Shown here in pieces: positions 27,608 through 44,563 of a DNA stretch of 64,000 bases. Made by a program: the position numbers and the translations under genes. The notes beneath the pieces were generated by a model. That model had not been told where the DNA came from. It did not search any database and saw only the letters and a program-made list of their open reading frames with translations. How positions within the stretch are numbered: the first letter of the stretch is position 1; each line of letters begins with the position of its first letter. Source of the stretch: Eledone cirrhosa. Its lineage: Eukaryota. The stretch lies in assembly GCA_964016885.1 (NCBI GenBank), contig OZ024743.1:216256001-216320000 (forward strand). Reading direction: 5' to 3'.

Positions 27608-27797
27608 ATAATTGTTTCTACTTTTGACACAAGGCGAGCAAATTACCCAGTACATTACTGGTACTTTATTTCATCGACCCCGTAAGGATGAAAGGCAAAG
27701 TTAATCTCAGCGTAATTTGAACTCAGATCGTAAAGGGACATAACTACGCTGGAAAGCATGTCTGACTCTCTACCAATACTGCCAATTCACCGCCCTA
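27608..27797 (-). mobile_element. OK-type SINE
   Basis: Same consensus; a short 3' fragment also lies at 35485-35545. Confidence 0.85.
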
Positions 27798-28157
27798 TAT
27801 ATATATAGTTTTATAATGAAAGGAAATTGGTACACCCCAAGTAAGCTAATGCTTTTAGTTCCCATAGGTACGATCAAAAATGTTTCAACATGGCTTGGTG
27901 TTTAAAGGCTACTAAACAGTCATTTGTTATCTACGTCTCGGCAAATAATCGGTAGGGTTGCATGTTATTGGCCATCATACTACATATGTAAATATCGACA
28001 AATGTTTGTCTATTTCCTTCTATTTACTTTTTGCTTTTAAACAATAAACATATTAAGAGAAATACATAAGCCGGGAAACAAATAGAGCGGGGATTAACAA
28101 TAAACTTATGTACAATATGCATATATATATGCGTGTGTGTCTGTGTGTATGTGTGTG

Positions 28158-28217
<60 letters not shown>

Positions 28218-28282
28218 TCCTAGCGGCTCGCATTTCGGTCGCTATCTTCAATTTGCATAGCTGTCTAAACGTAATGTTATAA

Positions 28283-28471
28283 CTCTAAAGTAAAATTCCT
28301 TATTGAGAGCTAGCCCGCAACTACAGTTTCAATTATGCTGTACTACGTTCTTGTATACATATATATACAATAACGTAGTACAGCATAATCGAAACTGTAG
28401 TTGCGGGCTAGCTAACGAATGTTGTCGGGAAGTGCAGCCAAAAGCACTCAATAAGGAAGTTTACCTTAGAG
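28283..28471. repeat. Fold-back (palindromic) repeat
   Basis: Near-perfect ~50-bp arms within 28307-28413, plus outer arms ctctaaagtaaaattccttattgag / ctcaataaggaagtttaccttagag. Confidence 0.9.
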
Positions 28472-28472
28472 A

Positions 28473-29141
<669 letters not shown>

Positions 29142-32100
29142 CGTGTGTGTGTATATATATGTATATATATATATATGTATACATATATATATATATATAT
29201 ACATATATACATATATATGTATATATATATATATATATATACATATATATATCTATATCTACATGCACATACATATATACACACATACATATGTATGTGT
29301 GTGTGTGTGTTTGTTTGTGAATGTATGTATGCACAGCTAAGCTTGATATGTAATATCAGTTTAAATGAAACAAGCCTAGAGAGTTATATTGAAATGGAAA
29401 TATCGTATATGTTGAACATAATACATCAAAAGATTATCTACAAAGGTATATACAATATACCAAAGGCTATTGAATATAACTAATAGCGGGATATCTTGAT
29501 GCATCGAAATTGTTAGACATAAAGTCTACTAACTAAACGAACCTTTATTGTATCAGGAAATAATCCGGTACCTCCTTAGCGTGGGGAAATAATAGAAAAG
29601 TCTGTTGTTTCCTTGATATTGGAAGCTCTGTATATAATATATCTAAATAGCAGCCTTATACAATGTAGCTAAATAGCTATCTAATTAATGATTATAGTTA
29701 ATTCATAATCAATGCGTAAAATTATTTTAGAAGCAACGTATGAAATTGAGCATTTATATAAATAATTGGAAGACAACTGAGAGAGCGTAAAAGATTGAGA
29801 GAGTGAATCTGTTAGAGAAATAGGGTGTGGTAATGGTAGAGAAAGCTAGAACAAAAGATGAAAGAAAGGGAAATATACACAGATATATTATGAATATAGT
29901 GAATGAAATAAAATGGCTCATTGTTGGAAGATGAGTGGAGGTAAACGATACTGAAATATTCTTAGACGAAGGAGACAAAATGATTAAACAAATGATATTT
30001 TGTATAGTACAAGCTTATGAATAATTTTGTTTTTGTATCCAAAATGGTCTGAATGTCCTTTTTTTCCTCTCGCATCTAACAGAGCAAGTGAGAGCAGCAT
30101 AAAGGATGGCCGATTTGGTTGATATTTCATAAAAAGATACAAGAACACTGCTTTCGTTGTTTCTTCATGTTTGAAAGTCACACATCACAGGACAGATTGC
30201 TGCGTCTCTTCATTCCAAAACTTCAACTGATGTTAAGATTTTTCTTCAGATTTAATTATACTTCCACGTTATCACCAAATGGAATTTTGTATAATATTGA
30301 TATAAATTATAAATAATGTGATGTACTGAATGACATGCGGAAAGAAATTCATATTGTGGATATATGAAAAGAAGGCATATACAAATACATCAAGTAAAGG
30401 ACATTCAACATAATGTAGTGGTAGTTTCAAGACATAGGGACTCGATTTTACAAACATATTAACTAATATATTTAGAAGACAATCTTAACTTTGTTATTAG
30501 GAAAAGTCACCGCAATAGGCTGATGGGATTGATTGGTATTTTGTTTAATTAGTGATAAAATAATAAAAGGAAAATTGTATACCGGTGGGATGTGGACAGA
30601 GCATGGGCTGCTGTAGCAAACACAGTGTGGTATTTCCTCGAATGTTTTACATAACCACCAATTCGCTGATTTTATGATATTTATATCTATGAATACTGAA
30701 CATTTAAATAGGCTCAAATAAAATATTGGGGGACTGCATCATTAAGAAAATAGTAAATGGACAAATATAATGATCAGTGCGTATTATCACATCCTCGTCG
30801 TCAGTGATGTTTCAATGGTGAGATAAATATTCTTCACAACTGAGCCATGATAAGATCTTGGTGTAGCTAATAGTAGAACAACGCTATCGGCGATGGGAAC
30901 AATATTATTCATATCTAATTGTGTTTTGTTCTGTATTGCAGTTCATATATAACTTTAGACCTTTGAAACTAAGAACATATGAAGATCATTTATAGGGCTG
31001 TATACCTGAACAAGCGCTATTGTTGTCATTTTTTCTGCAAACAGTCGCACGCAAACATACACACGTAGTAGTTAATTTTATATTTTATATTGCTTGAAAC
31101 ATGAACTTAAATGTAAAAGCAATAGTGATTGTACCACACAGATTGCATCGAACAATATGGGCTGTGTGAAGTGAAATTGTTAATTTAAATACAAGAATAA
31201 ATCTATAACAGACACAACAAACATATTTTCGTAACAAAAAATATATACCAGGTTGTGAATGTATGAACATAACAATTAAACTACCTGAGTTATTTTGTTC
31301 ATCAATCATATCGGCTTTGTTACGTATAATGAAGCAAAAAGACACAGCAATATTATATCACCCTAAAGAAGAAACTATGAAGGTCTAGAAATTTTACAAG
31401 TTTTTTGTTATCATCAGCTAGCGATTGAAAGTCAGGTTTGATCTAATTTCATCAACGAAAGTTGAGCACTGCTCTTTTTTTATGTTTCATTTTTATCTTT
31501 TAAAGCGTTATGAAATATTGAGGGCTGAAGTATTTTCTTAGACAGATGTGCAGGGCCACTTCTCGTGAAAAGGTCATTACCATGGTGAGGACATTATATA
31601 AACATTTTTTATGTAGCTAAGCATGTGTGGAAATTTGAGGATTCAAATTACCTGTATTCGTAAACCAATATATAATCCAGAAACGATATATCATGCAAAC
31701 ATCTTCTACAATTATACAACCACCCATTACTAATGTCGAAACGGATGCTAAATTGATTTGCACGCGTTCCTATATTTCTCGTCGTGTGTAACATTTTATT
31801 GTTGATAATCGTCGTGTTGTTGATGATGAGATTTCTTCCATTGGTATTGCTGAGCTTGTTGATGCTGCCCTGGTCTTGGGGTGCTTTATTGTTGCCTAGA
31901 CTACGACAGTCTCAATTAATCATGTTATTGATTGTCCGTACTTTAATACTAGGTTTGGTCATATTGTGTCAAAACCTAACTGATCCAAAGCATTTCTAAT
32001 GTGGAAAATGAAGAGGATGTGTGTGAAATCTAACTGATACTTGCGGCTACTTAGTTGTCGACGGAGGAGGTATTGTCATTGTCATTGAGACAATTTCTAT

Positions 32101-32974
32101 GCCTGGGTAATCTTACTGTTGATAAAGTTCTGTAGTTATTTTTCGTGAGATAGAATACTATCAATGTTCTTGTATCACATGGAGCAAAACGATATTTCGT
32201 ATTCTCGAAAATAGCTGTTTTTTGGCAACAAACCATTGTCGAAGTTCTGGCACCAAGAATTGTATTATTTATTAATGTTTTTAACACTACCTCATGTGTT
32301 TCAGTGACTTCTCTGTTGATACTATAGTCATTGTTCAAGTTTGAAAATACATTTTTGTAGCTGTTGCAGCTGCCTCAAATTCCACGTTGCCGTTGTTATC
32401 ATGATACTTGAGGGCTCATGTTGTGTCAACTGCCGTCTTAGTTGAAAGAATCATGGAGTATCATTCAATTTCTTCCAAAGTGAACAAAGGTATATTGGAT
32501 ACGTTAACATGTAGGACATACTTATGAAAACCGCCTGCACAAAAGTTACTAGAATGTGTACAAACGAGTCATCACCCTCATTCACGAATAATTGAAAATG
32601 TAAACAGCTAAACGTAAACACTGAAAACTAATTAGGTAGATTGAGAAGGATGGACGAAAGTGTTCTGTCCTTAGGTGAGAGCTAACATGGAATTTAAGAG
32701 AAAACAATCTTTGAATATTAATTAAGCCCTGCCTACTCGAATTAAATATTTCATTGAAATGGAAATCAAACTTCATACAAAATTTGTAAAGATAAAGAAA
32801 ATATTATATTTAATATACACTACCAATGATTGCGATATATAAAGCAAATCAGGTGAAGCTGCTAAATCGTCACTCTATCTGCTAGAAATAACACTCAAAT
32901 TTCCACCATGCTCTCATAAAAATTATACATTAGGGCATCATCAAAGTAGCTAAAATGATGAAGTTTATATATAT

Positions 32975-33025
<51 letters not shown>

Positions 33026-34364
33026 TTATACATGCATATATATATATATACATATATATATATACATATATAAATATATACATATATATTTATATGTGCA
33101 TGTATATATATTTATATATATATGGGTGTGCGTGTATGTGTGTGTGTGTGTGTATTTGAATCAGAAACATGAATATTTACTTAATTTTGATTGATTGACA
33201 CAACTGCTGTTTCGCCGATTTGTGTTCAGCTAGAGTGAAATTAAAGTCCACTTAGGCTCTGAGCTTATAGCTTATCAAAAGAGTCCTCAGGGTAAGGAAA
33301 TAATTCTTCCAACTGATCGTGCCAGTGACATTTTCGAAAGGAAAACTATCACGGCGTTTTATAGTTATCTACATGGGCACTGAAGTATTGGCGAGTTACT
33401 AGAAGAATGAGCCTATGTCAGCCTAATATACAATAAAGGCGTTAGGACAAATGTTAGAAGATAAACATGTATATATAGAGATTACTAAGTACAAACATAT
33501 ATTCGGTAATCATCCCTTACCAGTTTTGCTCGATGAATAATTGAATTAAATGAATGACTAATTAATCTGTGCTATATTATTGGGAGTTTTAACTAAAAAA
33601 AAACAATTTATCATAATAACAAATGTTATGACGATCCAAAACGGAGAAAGCGGGCTTTTCTAACATTAGGATATAAAGATCTTTTGTTTTACTATTTTGC
33701 TTTTTAATTTTGTTTTACTATATATATATAGAGAGAGATATATAATATAGAATTCGATAATTGAGACTTAGATACAAATAAATATGCTGAAATATTTATT
33801 TCAATGCAATTTTTTGTTATATACCCATCGTAAGTCTGTCGATTGCTATAATCTTTATAATGTTATACATTTGCACTATATGATATGATATATATCAAAT
33901 TTTGCAACTATTCCGGCACTTTGTCTTTTATTCTCCTATAGCAATTACGAACCCAATGGGAAAATTCAGTATTTAAATAAGTTCAATTAAAGAGAAAAAA
34001 GTAACACTAAGTATTGCTGTTTAACAATCATAATTTAGAAAGGTACAGCCCGAAACATTAGAATTATATATGCGCAGGCACACACAGGAAAACACTCACA
34101 CACACAGCCACTTCCTGAAAATATAAAACAAAACATAAACAATTTATTCAAAAGCTTTTAATTAACGTCCCTGGACCGCTTAATCATTTACCGATGCGTC
34201 AATTACCCAAGCCACAACCCTGACGAGATCATTAAATCACATCAGGTAATTTTATAACCAGTCTGGAATTAAGTTGGGAAAAAGCAAGATGTCAGCCGTC
34301 AGGCCCTGACCTTTTCTCATTTTCTGACAAACACTGGCAAAGACTAAGTGACACTTAAAGAAAT

Positions 34365-35060
34365 GACTCAACCCAGGTTGCGGCTGCAGAAAGTGTCGGT
34401 GCAATTGGCATCCCAGACGAGGGGTTTGCCAAAGCGGAACGGGAAGATGGTCATGACATCTGGCCTTTTGACATCCCCTCAGTCCGGCCCCACCGACTCA
34501 AGCTGGGATGGAAAGCCTGCAGCATCCAAGCCATGCTTTATGACTTCGTTGAGGGCAGCATGGCGTGGAAGGCGGCCGGCACTGTGGCGACAGGAAAGCG
34601 GGTGGAGGCCGAAAGAGTCCACACTGGATCATCAACGACATTGGTGTAGCTCGCAGATCCAGAAGCCGAGACTCAAGGAGACGCCGATGCACAGGCTATT
34701 GTTGTCGAGCTGTGTGCTAATGGAGAAGGAGGGCAAGGCATGGAGCCAGGCATCACTGTGGGTTTTGGAGGCCGCACAAAAACAGGCAAGGCTGTGTTGG
34801 TCGAGCTGGCGCGTGAGCCTGTCTGAAGCCAGGCTGCACTGCATGGCATCCCAAGTGCTTTGGGGGGGAGGGACTTGACGTCAGCAGGGGATAAAGGAGT
34901 AGGGACGTTTACTGGCCTAAGTCCCAGCCGGTCCTACATCTCACAGGCGGCCTCACGTTCTCTGAACACCGATGAAATAAACGCCGGCAAAGCCAGTGAG
35001 ATCGGGGAGCGGAGTCCAAGGCAGGTCAAGTGGCTTGTTGCCATCCAGTGTCGTCAAACC
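34365..35060 (-). mobile_element. CRE-clade non-LTR retrotransposon fragment (zinc-finger and restriction-like endonuclease region)
   Basis: HSDAWLHALP...IGVSLSLG..C..HQC; GLHPLSC....GRLPRHAALN; DVKRPD.....F..GKPLVWDANCTDT. Confidence 0.85.
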
Positions 35061-36104
35061 TGACGTTGCATATCTCCTCGGCTGCTGCTCGGATAGTCAT
35101 ATTTTACTATTCTAAGTGTCGGGTACTCTGCTGAATAATGGTAGTATTTTGTTTCAGGCGTATATTCAGTCATATTTATGTGAAAACCATATTGAATATT
35201 GTTAATAGTTAATGATATAAACTTAGCCTGTGTTGTGTTCCGTTATAGGCAGCGCAGCAGAAAGACAATATACGTTTTCTGTTAAATGTTCACCTTTATC
35301 TTGTCGTATAAGTATGTATGTGTGTGTGTGCCATTGTGTCTGTGTGAAAATATATAAATATAAAAACAGAAAGAAGGGACAACATGGGCAAGATTTAATT
35401 CAATTTAGTTCAATTTAATGTTTGTTGTTTTGTATGAAACAACACTCCGATAATATCCAATAACTATTGGTGTTATTATACAGAATAATTGTTTCTACGT
35501 TAGGCACAAGGCCAGCAATTTCCCAGTGTATTACTGGTACTTTATTTATATTATACATTATATATTATACAGAATGATGCATCATGAACTAGTAAGAAGA
35601 ATAAAAGGAGAAGAGCCCAAAGAAAAAATAGCCCCTTCCTTCAGAAAATCAATTTCATTAATTCCTTTCGGTTTTCTCAATAGTATGTTATATCATTTCA
35701 CGCATTTAATATTTTTTAGATTTCTTATTTCAGAATATATGCAATCATATATGATTTATTTTCTATTCATATAATTGTTTCTCTGGCCTTGTGCTTCTGA
35801 CAGAAATCAATATTAATGTTGCTCTAAACTATTGTTAGACGATGATAAAACAATTCCGCAATACATAATTTGCCTTGCATAACTAACTGTTCATCTCCTA
35901 TACTTTTTAGACAAGACATAATTGACTACTAGAGTTAATTACTAGATATTTTTCTATATCTAAATCCTATTTTATTCTCTACAATACGTTAAACATCAAG
36001 TGTATTTATTTACAAATGATTGAAAAAATGAGCAAAGTTCAGCTTATATATCTCATATGCAACATGCACACAGACACATACACACACTAACATTCACACA
36101 TATA

Positions 36105-36201
<97 letters not shown>

Positions 36202-36260
36202 ATATATATATACATATGTATATATATATATATACATATATATACATTTACACATATACA

Positions 36261-36326
<66 letters not shown>

Positions 36327-36709
36327 TAGACAGACAAATATGATGGAGTCAGAGAGAGGGGCATATAGATACATAAGAGGATGTGGTATATGTTGTTTCA
36401 TATATTTTTTCGATTCTAAATAGGAAAATACATTGATTTGGTCGACTAAGCAGAACGATAGATGTAATTGTTGAGGCATGTAGTAAAATATATATAGTGG
36501 ATTAGCTTTGCTTTTCCAATGTTCCGTTTTGGGAATCTTTATAAGATTAGTATTAGAAATCAAGTTTTCAAAGAACTCTACTTGTTTTTTCAATTTTTCA
36601 ATCTTAAAATACACACACGAACACACACACATGCACACAATGCACACACAGATACGCCAACACACACAGAGGCATACACACGCACACACACACCCACACA
36701 AACACACAG

Positions 36710-36754
<45 letters not shown>

Positions 36755-37548
36755 ATAGAGAGAGAGAGAGGGGGCAGAGGGAAGGATAGAGAGAGCGGAA
36801 CGAGAGAGAAAGAGGGATAGAAAGATAGAGAAAGTGAGTGGGAGAGATAGATATCATATATATATATTTATGCACATATATTTATTCGTATATCTGGAGA
36901 GATAGATAGTTACATACATATATACGGGCGTATGCGTGCGTGTGTATGTGTTCTTGTATATTTATGTATGAGTGTAGGTATGAATACAGCTGTGTTCTTT
37001 ATATATTTTATATCTTTCTCTTGGAATTTATTTATTTTATTTTCGATATTGATGTATGTTTGATGAACAGCGCATTCATTTGTTAAATATACTGTATACA
37101 TAGAAATCTCTCTGCCCCCCCCCCTCTCTCTCTATCTATCTCACTCTCTCTGTCTCTTTCTTTCATTCTTTCTCTCACTCTCTCTCTCTGTTCACATGTT
37201 TGGATATATGCCTATATGTGAATATTGTCGTCATTTCAGGATGTTTTACTTATATTAGTCTTATTCGCATTTTACATAAGCATTTTCATTGTAAGCATTG
37301 TTCTTCTTAACTGTAGCTAAAGTTATTATGGACATTGTAGTTGCTTTTCTAAGACATACATGCTGACTCCGTATTTCTGTGATATTTTGGCAAGCAGAGT
37401 AGATCATAAAGTCGTCCTTTCTTTGTGGGTATTAATCTATGTATATAATTATATACGCCAGTTACTACAACCCAAGCTATATTATGAACGTAGGTTTCGC
37501 TTCACCGGAGAGTCAACGTATTCAAACTGTGCCGATTAAGAAGAACCG

Positions 37549-37631
<83 letters not shown>

Positions 37632-37792
37632 GAGAGAGAAAGAGAGAGAGAGAGATAGCAAAATATAAATCAAACGAAAATACAGTCAACTATATACACA
37701 TCACAAAACACGTTCATAACATTATATATAATGTAATATTCACACTAACAGATAAACCTCTCTTCAATATAACCATATACATATATATATAT

Positions 37793-38173
37793 AGTTTATC
37801 GTTTTCGGTGCCCCCGGCCGACTACCTCACTCGATATGCAAATTAGGCGGCTCGGCCGTTAATATACATAAGGAAAGTATATACTTTCAGACGTTCAGTC
37901 TTCTGGCAGGAAGGTATGCGATGCTGACGATAGCTAATAAGCTTGAAACTAGTACATCGTTCTTTTGTCAGTGTTGAACAAAAGGACAACGATGGTTGCT
38001 AAACACTGTATGGCTTAATTCGGGATGTTTGTTTACAAACAAACCGTGCATTATAATAAATGTTCGGTAAACCCATACGTACATATATATATATATATAT
38101 CTGTGTGTATGTATGTATGTATATATACACACTACTGTGCGTCTGTATACATATATGTATGTACGTATACATA

Positions 38174-38176
<3 letters not shown>
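37793..38176 (+). mobile_element. Family A HHR module, single copy in (TA)n
   Basis: Reverse-complement homolog of the 14.2-15.1 kb units. Confidence 0.85.
37918..37960 (+). ncRNA. Type I hammerhead ribozyme, intact core
   Basis: gcgatg-CTGACGA-tagc/taataa/gctt-GAAA-ctag-TA-catcgt; GUA site. Confidence 0.85.
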
Positions 38177-38234
<58 letters not shown>

Positions 38235-38317
38235 AAAGTTATATTTAAATTGTTGGGTTACAACTAGTAAATATTTATAACTGATATAAAAGCACTCGAC
38301 AAGTATTTGGAGTATAT

Positions 38318-40023
<1,706 letters not shown>

Positions 40024-40488
40024 ACAAATTTTAAATACCCCTTCTACTTATATATATATATATATACGAGTGTACGCAAAAAATTTCATGGGCGAACATG
40101 ATGGAGAGATGACAATTCAGTGGAATCTTTTAAACTTTTCTTATTGATAACTGCATAATTTCTTTTAAGGGTTATGTTGAAAATAAACCTCATTTGGTCA
40201 TTCTCTTTTCTCTTTTGATTTCTCTTTTGACTCATTTTTCGTTTTCCTCTTTGCCTATATTCAAACGCATATTACTATATATATATATATATAGTAATAA
40301 TAAATTTGAAGACTAACATCCAAAGAGGGCTCGATAAGGATAAATATATATCAAATATATAAGAACCGTAGAGCAACGTTTTTTGAAATATCCAGTTCAG
40401 CGTTTACAGATTGACTTTGTTAGTTTCAGAAGATCCCGTTAAGGGTGAAAGCAGCGATTCTTGGCTTAAACTTTAATCTGTTATTTTA

Positions 40489-40563
<75 letters not shown>

Positions 40564-40794
40564 TTTGACAATCGCCACCAACGAATAAGAGAACCTCCTC
40601 CAGAAGGTTATCCAGGATTTTTAAGAAAAAAACTTCCCACCGAATACGGAGCAAACATAGTAAAATGTTAAAATTATAAAATTATTTTGAACACCAACTC
40701 CAAGTGAAATAAATCATTCTTTCATTATTTTCCTTTTTTCATATATGTATATATATATATGTGTGTGTGTGTGTTTATGTATGCGTGTGTGTGT

Positions 40795-41432
40795 GGGGGG
40801 TATAGATTTGGGAGGTGTACAGGTTTGTGTAGGGCGTAGAAGAATATGGTGCATACCATTTGTATATGCGCAACAATTTATTTACATGTAGATATAGAGA
40901 GGCGGAGAGTTTGGTGTTAATTTATAGTTGTGTCTAGTAGATATAGGGAGGGGCAGAGAAAGGGAAATTGGAGTAGAGTTCCCTGTAGTAGATATATAGA
41001 GGTGGAAAATTTGATATTAATTTTTATAGAGAGAGGGGTTGTGAAAGAGTGTTGTATGGTGGATGTAGAGAGGACGAATGTTTGCGGGAATGAATAGGGG
41101 TGAGAGCATTTCTAGAGATAGATATTGATAGCTATAGAGAGGAGTATAGTTTGTTTTTTCTTGATATAGGGAGGGGAGGGTGTGAGTGCGTATAGTAGAT
41201 ATAGAGAGGGGCAGAGTTTAAGTTTGATTGACATAGAGGGTGAATGGGGGAGTTATGTGTAGATATTTATAGAGAAGAGCGAGTGTTTTAGTGTTAGATA
41301 TAGAGAGGGGGAATAAGAGAGATGGTGTCGTAGTAGATATTGAGATGGGGAGAGTTTGGTTTTAGTAGATACAGAGAGATGGATTAAAATAATGTTTTGT
41401 GTGATAGACATAAAGAGAAAATTTTGGTGGAT
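40795..41432. repeat. Degenerate purine-rich minisatellite (~45-bp period, gtagatatagagagggg..gagtttg)
   Basis: Recurring tagatatagagag motif. Confidence 0.7.
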
Positions 41433-41755
41433 CCTCATACAAGACTGGTGATCCTATGAGTGCGCATGTGAAACATTACAGTAACAGAGCTAACCAATAA
41501 AGATATACACATGGGTTGTGAAATTGGGATGGAAGTGGGGTACCAAGCCACCTGCCCGCAAAAATTTGATTTTTCTCCCCAAACTGCCAAAACACACATC
41601 GATTTTTTATGCATTACAATTAATGTACATGTTACTTTTATTGCATATCGAAGTTTTCTGATTATTTTAGAGTGCAAATAACTAAACTAATAACTACACT
41701 TAACTTGACCAAATATGCACCCCCACCCAATTCAGAAATGCTTCCACCGCCCCTG

Positions 41756-41795
<40 letters not shown>

Positions 41796-41845
41796 ATATA
41801 TATATATGTGTATATATATATATATATATACAATATTATTCAAAA

Positions 41846-42040
41846 TAAGGGCGGTGGATTGGCAGTATCGGCAGAGGGTCGGACGCCATGCTTTCCAGCA
41901 TAGTTACGTCCCTTTACGATCTGAGTTCAAATCCCGCCGAGGTTGACTTTGCCTTTCATCCTTACGGGGTCGATAAAATAAAGTACCAGTAATGCACTGG
42001 GTAATTGCTGGCCTTGTTCCTAAAGTAGAAACAATTATTC
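41846..42040 (+). mobile_element. OK-type SINE, well-preserved copy
   Basis: gggcggtggattggcagtatcgg...gagttcaaatccc...agaaacaattatt. Confidence 0.9.
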
Positions 42041-43341
42041 AAAATATGAATAAATGAGAAATATTATCATAACCAAAGTTTATATTTTATTATACATACT
42101 TCAAAGGTATAATGGTGTTTCAGTACGTTTTCATCAGATAAAATATATAAGAGATTGGTTACAACACACCCCTATGGTTTGAAACTTCAATTCCAATATA
42201 TATATATATATATACATACACGTGTGTATATGTGCACGTGTGTGTGTGTGTGTGTGTGTGTGTTGAAACAATGTAACATCAATTGCTATTATAAAGTATA
42301 TATGATAATTTCACTTACAAATTTCTGATATCAGACATGTACTGAACAACATGAAAACAGCTTTCAAGTGAAAGCTGAGTACTAATTTAAGGAAAGTAGT
42401 TTATCTCCTCATCTTCCTAACAGTAATAGTGTTTAAACGTAATAATAAGCATTGTGTATGAAGTTTAGCTTGCTGTCCCAAAAATATCTTCGTGTAATTA
42501 CGTAAAGATGTTATGGTATAATCAACTTAGTTTAGACGGCAACTCAGATATTTTGAGGATATTTTCGTTTATTGCGTCATAATCATCTCCGCTCTGTTAT
42601 AATTGAAGTTCTAGAGTAATTCTGTTTGAGTGCATTGATATTGCACCAAATGTTAGCATAATAAATGTTTCTCCAAAATAAGTTGTCTGAATTAGTAACT
42701 GATTGAAACAAAACAATGTCGTAGGTAATCCGATTAGGAGATGATCTACTATTTATTTAGGAATTGAACTTAATGTATTTCCATTCCTGTAATTTCCTTA
42801 ACATTCCACCTTATTCTTTAGTTACGTGTATGTTTTATCTTGCTTAGATTTTTGGTTTTGGTTTCGGTTGTTTCATTATATTCCTGTTTAATTTGAATTA
42901 AATATTTGCTTCATTATCAGATTACTTCGCTTTCTCTGCCTGTAGTTCCTCTTTTAGTTTTTGAGCAAGACATTTTATTTCACGTTGCTCAAGTTAACTC
43001 AGTTGTACATATGCGTTCCAGGGTTACAGCTGCCATGGTATATCGTCCCTTGCCTTTCCATTGGTAAAATATCAGAGCTATGGAGAGTGAAGAATGGTAT
43101 GTGTGGAGGATTGCTGGTCGCCCTGCTTCCTTCCTCTCTTTACTTCATTTTGTGATCGTGTTGGTTACTGAATGGACGGGGCGCATTTGGAGTGGCATCA
43201 TGATGATCACTATAGCTTGTGGAATGGTGGGAGTTGGAGAGGTAGGTCAAGGATGGAGCAAATATCTGGTGAAGGGTTAGGTGTAGGGAAGTGAGAGATA
43301 TTTCGAATGGTGGAGGATGCAGAGGAAAGTGGCCCATATAA

Positions 43342-43410
<69 letters not shown>

Positions 43411-43447
43411 ATATACATATTTATATATATATATATATATATGTATG

Positions 43448-43501
<54 letters not shown>

Positions 43502-43605
43502 TGTGTCTGTGTGTTTTAGATAAGTCCGAAGGAAATGCAAAAGAAAATAGAGTGGTCTATGTATAGAACAGAGCGATTTAATATATATATATATATATAC
43601 ATATC

Positions 43606-43635
<30 letters not shown>

Positions 43636-43636
<1 letters not shown>

Positions 43637-43803
43637 GAAAAGATTCAGGACCCCGATGGCTGAGCTCCGGTCGTTTCGACAGCCAGTTCGAATCTAGCTG
43701 TCGAAACGGCCGGGGTCCTGACTCTTTTCCCATTACCCACTCTAATACCCTAAATATTGAGTACTCCGGTGCGTTATGGTCCACCCGGTCTCTTACCACA
43801 CCC
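43636..43803. mobile_element. Family M: short GC-rich hairpin element in (TA)n; copies at 51265-51328, 52310-52468 and 56185-56277
   Basis: Shared gtagagtgggtaataggaa.gagt.ggaccccg..ggctgagctc...cgtttcgac sequence with internal inverted repeats. Confidence 0.75.
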
Positions 43804-44482
43804 TCTTATATTTATACAGAAATATACTTACACTAGCAGAGATATAGGTTTTGTCTTAGTAACTTTGTGGTTCAATACAAAGAGATGTAGAACAATTATA
43901 TAAATGACGTAAAATAAGAAAATTATAGTAATTAACTCACTTGCTTAAATTTCACTCCAACTACTTAGATCCTGAAAAAGGATATACATAGTCTCCAAAT
44001 GGAGCCCATCGCGAATCCTTTATTCATGAGGGAGTCATTCTCGGCTACGATTCCAGGCGATTCGCGGACACAGGGATCCCATACAAAAATAATTCAGTGG
44101 ATGGAAAAAAACTAACGCAGACTAATTTCCAAGCCATTGAAAACTTCACTGCCTTCATGGTCAGTCGTAAATTCAAAAGAATCCATCACTTGACATCGAG
44201 GTTTATCAGTGTGTATTGGTGTGTTAAAAAGACAGTAGACAAGTTTAATACTATGAACCATAGTAGTAATTTAGGCAAATGTTTGCTCAACAAAATAATT
44301 TGAAGATAATTATAAAAAATTAGTATATCTACCAACATATTTATAGAGATGTATACTTACGCTAGCAGATATATAGGTTTTGTCTTAGTAACTGTGTGGT
44401 TCAATACAAAGAGATGTAGAACAATTATATAAAAGACGTAAAATAAGAAAATTATACTAATTAACTCACTTACTTAAATTTC

Positions 44483-44563
44483 ACTCCAACTAATTAGTTT
44501 CTGAAAGGGGATATACATAGTCGCAAATGGAGACCATGGAGAATGCTTTCTTCATCAGGGAGT
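44483..44563 (-). ncRNA. Type I hammerhead
   Basis: actcc-CTGATGA-agaaag...ctttca-GAAA-ctaattag-TT-ggagt. Confidence 0.82.

Noticed and set aside
31740-32460. Ser/Thr-rich coding-like region on the minus strand
   Set aside because: Interrupted by stops; no identifiable homology
34215-34240. CTGACGA hammerhead-like word
   Set aside because: No downstream GAAA or stems
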